Notes under the pieces: model-generated | The model's input: the letters and a program-made list of their open reading frames with translations, nothing else | Told to the model about the DNA's origin: nothing | The model's database searches: none | Shown: positions 54,389-60,930 of the stretch, one piece after another | Numbering within the stretch: position 1 is the stretch's first letter | Layout of the letters: every line of letters begins with the position of its first letter | Translations under genes and position numbers: made by a program | Assembly (NCBI GenBank): GCA_038242035.1 | Contig: JBBSSN010000001.1 | Coordinates: 1-60,930 of the forward strand | Direction: 5' to 3' | Length of the DNA: 60,930 bases | Source of the DNA: Actinomycetales bacterium | GTDB taxonomy: Bacteria; Actinomycetota; Actinomycetes; Actinomycetales; Micrococcaceae

Positions 54389-54457
54389 GCCCCAAGTTTT
54401 ACCTGAAAAATGGGCGAAAGCTAGCATTGCTCAGTAGGCGTAGTGTTCACTGGTCAG

Positions 54458-55438
54458 ATGAGGTCTATCTGGAAAGGCGCCGTCGCATTCGGCCTGGTTA
54501 ATGTTCCGGTGAAGGTCTACAGCGCGACGCAGGACCACGACGTGAGCCTGCATCAGGTCCACGACAAGGACGGCGGCCGGATCCGCTACCAGCGCCGTTG
54601 CGAGGTGTGCGGAAAAGTGGTGGATTACGACCACATCGATAAGGCGTACGACGACGGCGACCGCACGGTTGTGCTGACGGACGAGGACCTCGCCTCCCTT
54701 CCGGAGGAGCGTAGCCGGGAGATCGAGGTGGTCCAGTTCGTCCCCAGCGATTCACTGGATCCGATCATGTTTGATCGGAGCTACTACCTGGAACCCGACT
54801 CCAAATCCGCCAAAGCGTATGTGCTGCTGCGCCGGACGCTCGAAGATACGGAACAGACCGCGATTGTGAAGTTCGCCCTGCGGCAGAAAACCCGGTTGGG
54901 CGCTCTTCGGGTGCGTGGGGACGTCCTGATGCTGCAGTCACTGTTGTGGGAGGACGAGGTCAGGGAGGCCGACTTCCCTGCGTTGCAGGAAAACGTCCGA
55001 ATCTCGGCCAAAGAGAAGCAAATGTCCGCGGCTCTAGTGGACTCGTTCTCCGGGGATTTCGCCCCGGAAGAATACACCGACGAGTACCAGGAACAGCTGC
55101 ACGCCCTGATCGACGCCAAGCTGGCCAAGGGTGATGCGCTGGACACCGACGCCACCTTCGGGGAAAGTGAAGAAACCGAACCAGGCCAGGTCCTTGATCT
55201 CATGGAGGCTTTGAAACGCAGTGTGGAACGCAACCGCAAGCCCAAACCAGCTGTTGACCGGAAGCCGACCGGGGAGTCCGCCGCCGCCAAAAAGCCCGCT
55301 GCACCAAAAGGCGATGCAGGAGCAGGCTCCGCAGGAAAAGGCACGGCAGGAAAAAGCACTGTACGAAAGGAAACGGCCCGGAAAGAGCCTGCAGCAAAGG
55401 AAGCCGAAAACAAGCCGGCGAAGCGTAAGGGTGCCTAG
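54458..55438 (+). CDS. ku: NHEJ DNA end-binding protein Ku with basic C-terminal tail
   Basis: MRSIWKGAVAFGLVNVPV, RIRYQR, SYYLEP, DEVR, DLMEALKRS; divergent from ligD. Confidence 0.96.
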   Translation: MRSIWKGAVAFGLVNVPVKVYSATQDHDVSLHQVHDKDGGRIRYQRRCEVCGKVVDYDHIDKAYDDGDRTVVLTDEDLASLPEERSREIEVVQFVPSDSLDPIMFDRSYYLEPDSKSAKAYVLLRRTLEDTEQTAIVKFALRQKTRLGALRVRGDVLMLQSLLWEDEVREADFPALQENVRISAKEKQMSAALVDSFSGDFAPEEYTDEYQEQLHALIDAKLAKGDALDTDATFGESEETEPGQVLDLMEALKRSVERNRKPKPAVDRKPTGESAAAKKPAAPKGDAGAGSAGKGTAGKSTVRKETARKEPAAKEAENKPAKRKGA

Positions 55439-55477
55439 CCCCCGCCCCCTCGGGGCTCTTCGCGGCGGGCTCCTCGG

Positions 55478-56611
55478 ATGCGAGGACGTCCGATGAACGG
55501 CTCCGTGCATCCAGGTTCCGTGCATCCAGTCTCCGGGCATCCATCGATGCAGCCGGTCCGTTTGGCACCGGAGTCCAATTCCTCTACGCTGTGGCTACCT
55601 GAATTGCGCACTATCGCCGCACGGGCCCTCGAATGTGCGGGCGGGATAGAACCGGCCCTGGCCCTCGCCATCAGCCTGGGCCAGGAACTCCCCTATCCTA
55701 TGGAGGGCCGGACCCTGCAGCTTTGGGAATCACTCGCGACGCTGGGCGCCTGCAGTCTTTCCGTCGGCAGAAGCATTGAGCCGCATCTGGATGCCATCAG
55801 CATCCTTCACCAGGCCCGGCAGCAATCCCAGCCCGAGGAGCTTGAGCAGTTGACTGCGGCCGGGAACAGTTGCTGGGGAGTTTTCGCTGCCGAGGGCAAG
55901 GACCATCACCTGCGGGCGCACCGGCAGGGAAGCGGCTGGATCCTCACCGGGACCAAACCATGGTGCTCCTTGGCCGGACGCCTCAGCCATGCAATCGTCA
56001 CCGCGCGCACGGACAACGGACGACGGGCCTTCGCGGTGAATCTCAAGGATCCGGGAGTGAGCGCCGTTGCGGCCGGCTGGGTGGCGCTGGGCCTGCCCGA
56101 AGTCACCAGTGGACCGGTCTCTTTTGAGCACGTGCCCGCAGTTCCGGTCGGTGCGCCCGGCTGGTATTTCGCCAGGCCCGGCTTTGCCTGGGGCGGGGCG
56201 GGGGTGGCGGCGCTTTGGTTCGGGGCCGCGACGGCGGTCGCCCGCCGCGTGTACGCCCACTGCGCGGGCCGCGAGCCGGATCAGATCGCACTGCTGCAGT
56301 TGGGCCTGGTCGACGGCCATCTGACGGCAGCGCGCAATGCACTCGCCATGGCAGCGCGGCAGGCGGACAGCGACGCCCATACCGCCGGCGCTTCCCTGTC
56401 CGCGGCCCGCGCCCGTGCCGCCGTCGTCCATGCGTCTGAGGCAATTCTTGAACTTGCCTCTCACGCCATGGGCCCGGAACCACTGGCCTTCGACGCCGAC
56501 CATGCAGCCCGGGTAGCGGACCTTACCGTCTATCTTCGGCAGGATCACGCCGAACGATCGATCGCGGCAATCGGCCAGCAACTGCTGGCACCGGGACGGC
56601 TGCCGTGGTGA
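55478..56611 (+). CDS. Acyl-CoA dehydrogenase-like flavoprotein
   Basis: R.IEPHLDA, GVFAAEG, LTGTKPWCS, VTSGPVSF, DLTVYLRQ; start uncertain (55478-55547). Confidence 0.8.
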   Translation: MRGRPMNGSVHPGSVHPVSGHPSMQPVRLAPESNSSTLWLPELRTIAARALECAGGIEPALALAISLGQELPYPMEGRTLQLWESLATLGACSLSVGRSIEPHLDAISILHQARQQSQPEELEQLTAAGNSCWGVFAAEGKDHHLRAHRQGSGWILTGTKPWCSLAGRLSHAIVTARTDNGRRAFAVNLKDPGVSAVAAGWVALGLPEVTSGPVSFEHVPAVPVGAPGWYFARPGFAWGGAGVAALWFGAATAVARRVYAHCAGREPDQIALLQLGLVDGHLTAARNALAMAARQADSDAHTAGASLSAARARAAVVHASEAILELASHAMGPEPLAFDADHAARVADLTVYLRQDHAERSIAAIGQQLLAPGRLPW

Positions 56612-58014
56612 CATTCAGCCACCTCGACGACGGCACAGCCGAACGCGTCTGGCGCGGCTCGGGACGGCTCGGTGCCACGCCGGAGCTCAATCTTCACCTG
56701 CCGCGCTTTACCAAGCTGGTGCTCGTCTCTGCCCATCCCGACGACGAAACGCTGGCCGCCGCCGGTCTGCTGCAGCGCGCTGCCCGGCACGGTCTTCAGA
56801 TCCGGCTGCTGGTTGCCACCGATGGTGAGGCGTCGCATCCGGATTCCAGCACGCACACACCCGGGCAATTGGCGGCCATCAGGGGCTCGGAGCTCGATCA
56901 TGCGATGGGTACGCTCGCGCCTGCGGCGCAGATCCGCCGGTTAGGGATCCCGGACGGCCAGATTGCGGCCTCCAGGGAGCTGCTGAAGCAGGCGATCCTG
57001 GCCGAATGCGCAGGGGCGCCCGATCGGGCAGACGCCGGCGCAGCGGAGGCTGGACCGGAACAGGGGCAGACATTGATCGTGGCCCCTTGGCGCGCGGACG
57101 GGCACACGGATCATGATGCCGCTGGCGAGGCTGCGGCCGCCGCGGCGGCGGAAAGCGGCAGCACGCTGTTGGAATATCCCGTCTGGCTCTGGCATTGGGG
57201 CACGCCGGATTCCTCCCGGGTCCCGTGGGCGTCCATGCGCCAGCTGACCCTGGCGGCAACGGATATGGCCGGGAAGGAACGGGCCATCACGTGCCACTTC
57301 AGCCAGAATTCGCCGCTGTCCGACCTGCCGGGGGACGAAACGCTGCTCTCCGCCGAAATGATCAGCCACTTCCGCCGCCCCTATGAGATTTTCATCGATG
57401 CGGCCGGCTCCATGATGCCCGACGGCGACGAGCGGGTTAAGTGGGCACAGGCACAGTTTGATGCGGTTCATCAGAATCTGGCCGAACCATGGTCTGCCCC
57501 CGAGGCGTGGTACGAGGAGCGAAAACGGCTGCTCACCGTCGCAGCCCTGCCCGCACGCGAGTACGCTTCCGCGCTGGAGATCGGGTGTTCCACCGGCGTA
57601 CTGACCCGGGATCTGGCGCAGCGCTGCCGCACGGTGCTGGGCGTGGATCTGAGCGCGGAGGCGGTCAAGACCGCCGCCCGGCGCAACGCAGATCTGCCGG
57701 GAGTGCGGACAATGCAGCTCGCGGTTCCCGGGCAATGGCCGCAGGATTCCTTCGATCTGATCGTTCTTTCCGAGGTCGGCTACTATCTGGACCGCGGAAC
57801 ACTGCTGAAAACGCTGGACCTGATGCTCGGCTCGCTGGCCCCCGGGGGGACAGTAGTGGCATGCCACTGGCGGCATCAGATCACTGGTTGGCCGCTGGAC
57901 GGAGACGCCGTCCACGATTTCCTGCGCAGCGACGGACGGATGGAATCACGTGGCATCTACACCGAGGAGGACTTCATTTTAGAGGTCTTTGCCGTTGTGC
58001 AGGACGGCCCGTAA
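56608..58014 (+). CDS. PIG-L/LmbE deacetylase fused to NodS-like SAM methyltransferase
   Basis: AHPDDE, TDGEASHP, GHTDH; then WYEERKR, LEIGCSTG, FDLIVLSEVGYYL, ACHW; GTGA overlap with upstream gene (alternative start 56605). Confidence 0.9.
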   Translation: MTFSHLDDGTAERVWRGSGRLGATPELNLHLPRFTKLVLVSAHPDDETLAAAGLLQRAARHGLQIRLLVATDGEASHPDSSTHTPGQLAAIRGSELDHAMGTLAPAAQIRRLGIPDGQIAASRELLKQAILAECAGAPDRADAGAAEAGPEQGQTLIVAPWRADGHTDHDAAGEAAAAAAAESGSTLLEYPVWLWHWGTPDSSRVPWASMRQLTLAATDMAGKERAITCHFSQNSPLSDLPGDETLLSAEMISHFRRPYEIFIDAAGSMMPDGDERVKWAQAQFDAVHQNLAEPWSAPEAWYEERKRLLTVAALPAREYASALEIGCSTGVLTRDLAQRCRTVLGVDLSAEAVKTAARRNADLPGVRTMQLAVPGQWPQDSFDLIVLSEVGYYLDRGTLLKTLDLMLGSLAPGGTVVACHWRHQITGWPLDGDAVHDFLRSDGRMESRGIYTEEDFILEVFAVVQDGP

Positions 58015-58760
58015 TGCGCCGCCCGCTCGAGCGGTTGGCCGTCGTCGTTCCGGCGCGCAACGAAGAGCGGCTGCTGCCGGACTGCCTTGCGGCTCTTGAG
58101 AAAGCTGCCGCTCACTTGCACCGCGAGCGCCCGGCGGTCGCCGTCAGTGTCACCGTTGTGCTGGACCGAACGACCGACGGATCTGCCGCCGTCGTCCGCC
58201 GGTACCCGCTGGCCACTGCGCTGCACAGCGAGGCCGGAAGGGTCGGAGCAGCCCGCAACCTCGGTATCCGGAAGGTGCTTCGCAGCGGTGTGCCGGCGGC
58301 GATGTGGATTGCCAATACCGACGCGGACAGCATGGTCCCGCGGAACTGGCTGCTGGTCCAGGCGGAAGCGGCGGCACAGGGCTGGGACGTGCTGGCCGGA
58401 ACCGTTCAGCCGGATATTTCGGAGCTGACGCAGGAGCAGTTGGTCCGATGGTTTGGCACTCATGACCTGAGGGAAGGCCATGGGCACATCCACGGGGCAA
58501 ATCTGGGATTCCACGCGGATGCATACCTGCGCCTGGGCGGGTTTGACGATGTAACGCTGCACGAGGACCGCAATTTTGTCCTTGCCGCCGGTGCGGCCGG
58601 CCTGCGGATCCGCAGCACCGATGCCGGCCGGGTCAGGACATCCGCCCGCACGCACAGCCGCGTGCACGGCGGTTTCGCGGACTATCTTGCACGCGAGGTC
58701 GTGGCGCCGGCCCTCGGCCCCCCGGCAACGGGTAAGGTCACAGCCAACACCCAGGCCTAG
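58014..58760 (+). CDS. Glycosyltransferase family 2
   Basis: VVVPARNEE, GAARN, TDADS (DxD), HGANLG, GGF, HED, TSAR; start ATG 58014 overlaps upstream TAA. Confidence 0.9.
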   Translation: MRRPLERLAVVVPARNEERLLPDCLAALEKAAAHLHRERPAVAVSVTVVLDRTTDGSAAVVRRYPLATALHSEAGRVGAARNLGIRKVLRSGVPAAMWIANTDADSMVPRNWLLVQAEAAAQGWDVLAGTVQPDISELTQEQLVRWFGTHDLREGHGHIHGANLGFHADAYLRLGGFDDVTLHEDRNFVLAAGAAGLRIRSTDAGRVRTSARTHSRVHGGFADYLAREVVAPALGPPATGKVTANTQA

Positions 58761-58770
58761 AAGGAGCACA

Positions 58771-59382
58771 ATGACCAGCCCCGCGAACGAAGCAACGGTC
58801 CCGCCCGGATGGTATCCGAGCCCGTCAGGTTCACCACAGCTGCAATGGTGGGACGGTACCGCCTGGACGGAATACTTCGGCGGTTCATCTGTTCCCAATC
58901 CGTCCCTGGTCCGTCCGGAAATCGGCCTGGGGACACCGGTGTATAACCCTTTCATCTGGCTGATCGTGTTGCTGCCGCTGCTATCCACAGGGCTTCAGCT
59001 CGCCTGGAACCCTGTTCTGCGCTACCAGTACATCGGCCGGGAGCACCTGCGGACGCTTGATCCGGGCGCCCTCTATACCCCCGGATATTTCCTCCTGCTC
59101 GCAGCGGGATTCGTCATCTACGCAGTGTCCGTGCTGCTGGCCTATCTCGACCCGCGAAGGCTCACCCGGGACGGCGTGGTCCGTCCGTTCCATTGGGCCT
59201 GGGCGTTCCTTAGCGCGACGGTGTACATCATTGGCCGGTCAGTCATTGTCCATAAGGTCGCCCCACGGCGCGGGCTCATACCGATCTGGGTGCTGATCGC
59301 CGTCGTCGTGATCAGCTTCATCGCCGTCGGCGTCAAGTTCTCAATGATCTTCTCCAGCGTGGCCTCCAGCATCGCGGGGTGA
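58771..59382 (+). CDS. DUF2510-domain membrane protein
   Basis: PPGWYPSPSG..QLQWWDGTAWT motif then TM segments; AAGGAG SD before ATG 58771. Confidence 0.85.
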   Translation: MTSPANEATVPPGWYPSPSGSPQLQWWDGTAWTEYFGGSSVPNPSLVRPEIGLGTPVYNPFIWLIVLLPLLSTGLQLAWNPVLRYQYIGREHLRTLDPGALYTPGYFLLLAAGFVIYAVSVLLAYLDPRRLTRDGVVRPFHWAWAFLSATVYIIGRSVIVHKVAPRRGLIPIWVLIAVVVISFIAVGVKFSMIFSSVASSIAG

Positions 59383-59387
59383 GGGTG

Positions 59388-60074
59388 CTACGTCCGGCCG
59401 GGGGCGACGGCATCCTCAACCACCTGCAGTAGCGTCGGATCCCCGAGGACACGGAAATGTCCCATCGCGGCAAGCCGGACGTTAGTGCCGCCCGCCAGCT
59501 GTCCCCCGCCGGGAATATGCGGATCGAAACTGCTGTAGATCGCCGTGATCCTGTCATTGACTTCCAGGTTGGCCGTTAATCGCAGCAGCAGCGCATCATT
59601 GGGCGAGAAGGCCCGGATCGTGCGCGTCGGTGCGTATTTGGCGTACACGGAGCCGGAAAAGGGCGTATTAACGGCGACCATTGCGCTCACCCGGTCTGCC
59701 GCCGTCGTGCCGGACATCAGGCATTTGCCGACGAGGCCGCCCTTGCTGTGCGCGACGACGACGACGTTTCTCAGGTCCTGCTCCAGCAGGTAGTTCTCCA
59801 CCAGCCCAGCCATGGCAGGGATGGTGCCGCGGTTGTAGCCCAGACCTGCCACCACATGCACGGGGTGGCCCGCCGCGTGCAATCGATTCGCCACCGGACG
59901 CAGGAAACGCCAATTCTCGTAGATCCCGGGGATCAGCAGCACCGGGGCGGCATCCGGACGTACGTCGCGCAATAGCTCCCCAGCCGGATCCCGGACGAGG
60001 AAACCGTAAATCTGCCGGAACGCCACATAAAGATAGTCCAGGATCCAGGCCCAGGCCTTCGCCCCCAGTCTCAT
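59388..60074 (-). CDS. Alpha/beta hydrolase (lipase/esterase-like)
   Basis: LLIPGIYE, AHSKGG nucleophile elbow, TPFSGS, GHF; ATGA overlap with upstream gene. Confidence 0.85.
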   Translation of the reverse strand: MRLGAKAWAWILDYLYVAFRQIYGFLVRDPAGELLRDVRPDAAPVLLIPGIYENWRFLRPVANRLHAAGHPVHVVAGLGYNRGTIPAMAGLVENYLLEQDLRNVVVVAHSKGGLVGKCLMSGTTAADRVSAMVAVNTPFSGSVYAKYAPTRTIRAFSPNDALLLRLTANLEVNDRITAIYSSFDPHIPGGGQLAGGTNVRLAAMGHFRVLGDPTLLQVVEDAVAPGRT

Positions 60075-60843
60075 ACCCGGGCCCGGAGTGAGTGGAGGTG
60101 GCCGGCCACTTCCACTGGCCTGCGGTACATCAGAATGTGGCCTTCGCCTGCTATTTCCGTCGCTTCGACCACCGGACAGCGGGCCACCAGCTCAGCAAGC
60201 CAGGCGCGCGGCGCAATCGGGTCCCGGGCGCCGCGCATGATCAGTACCGGAATATCCACCTCAGCGATGGCTTCTTCGAGAGCATAACTGAGCATAAAGG
60301 GCAGCGTTGCCAGGTACCAGGGCGGCCGGCAACGGAAGGCGTAATCGGAAAAAACCACCGCATTCGCGGCCGTTGGTTCCCGGAAGGTGTCCTGCAGCAA
60401 CCGCAGACCCTGCTGCCAGGCGGCGCGTTCCTGCCGATTAACGCACGGTCCCATCAGCACTGCCGCCGGGGCCGACACGCGCTGCCGCAGCATTTCCACC
60501 GTCACTTGGCAGCCCATCGAATGTCCGATCAAAATCGGCTGGAAAACGTCCAACTGGTCCAGGCAGCCCCAGACCCACCGCGCAAAGTCCTCCATGGACA
60601 ACGACCGTGACGGTTTAGGAGCTTTACCGAAGCCCGGGAGATCCACGGAGTGAACGGTGGAGTCATGGAGAGTTCCCGGGCCAGCGGCTGGAAATACCGC
60701 GAAGACATCCCGATACCGTGGATCAGGACTTAGGTATCCGGACCCGATTCGAGGGTATGCGTCACCCCAGTGACGCCGTCAACGACGAGCGCCCTGGACA
60801 GCGGTTTGGCCTGCGGATTGGCGTGCGGTTTGGCATGGGTCAT
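60071..60843 (-). pseudogene. Alpha/beta hydrolase disrupted by an in-frame stop and a frameshift
   Basis: From ATG 60843: ...GPDT*VLIHGIGMSSRYF (TAA 60730-60732), frame shifts near 60667 into HDSTVHSVDLPGFG...GHSMG...GEGH. Confidence 0.8.
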
Positions 60844-60930
60844 CTGGCGGCGCCCTTTTTCGGCATATCAGCAACTCTTACCTACGCGGCCGCCACCGGC
60901 AAGCTGGGCCGCCCGCGGGCCACCACGAAG

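Noticed and set aside
54421-54438. Possible shared stress-regulon box in the ligD-ku spacer (TGAGCAATGCTA) and upstream of the hydrolase pseudogene (TAAGAGTTGCTG, ~60869-60880)
   Set aside because: Only 7 of 12 positions match; needs genome-wide motif discovery before it can be claimed
57489-58013. Long N-terminal extension of the GT2 ORF in the track (similar cases: 27348, 39255, 58576 starts)
   Set aside because: Overlaps the neighbouring real gene in another frame; coupled or SD-supported starts lie downstream

Overview
High-GC actinobacterial chromosome segment, most consistent with Micrococcaceae (Arthrobacter-like) from gene order and protein signatures. About 1-20.8 kb is the conserved core block on the minus strand (rpsJ' tuf fusA rpsG rpsL rpoC rpoB rplL rplJ rplA rplK nusG secE tRNA-Trp), with a thiolase and a GNAT inserted. 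About 21-51.7 kb mixes housekeeping and accessory genes: aminotransferase, pfkA, ygfZ, nitrobindin-like, glnR, an MHS transporter/two-component/TAXI cassette, mshD, ppk1, mutT1, thyA-folA, an E. coli-type asd, an AlkZ-like glycosylase, a desaturase, murB and two hotdog dehydratases. About 51.8-60.9 kb looks like a stress island: divergent ligD/ku, then a translationally coupled operon (acyl-CoA dehydrogenase-like, PIG-L deacetylase-methyltransferase fusion, GT2, DUF2510), an alpha/beta hydrolase and a hydrolase pseudogene. The best leads are (1) the ku-linked ACAD/PIG-L-MT/GT2 operon of unknown product, (2) an AbiEi-like/DUF559 nuclease gene bracketed by two ~100-bp inverted-repeat elements with an upstream DnaA-type box, (3) an orphan TAXI binding protein coupled to a sensor kinase, (4) two small ORFs missing from the ORF track, and (5) many short tandem duplications. 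All calls come from reading motifs by eye; no database searches were run.
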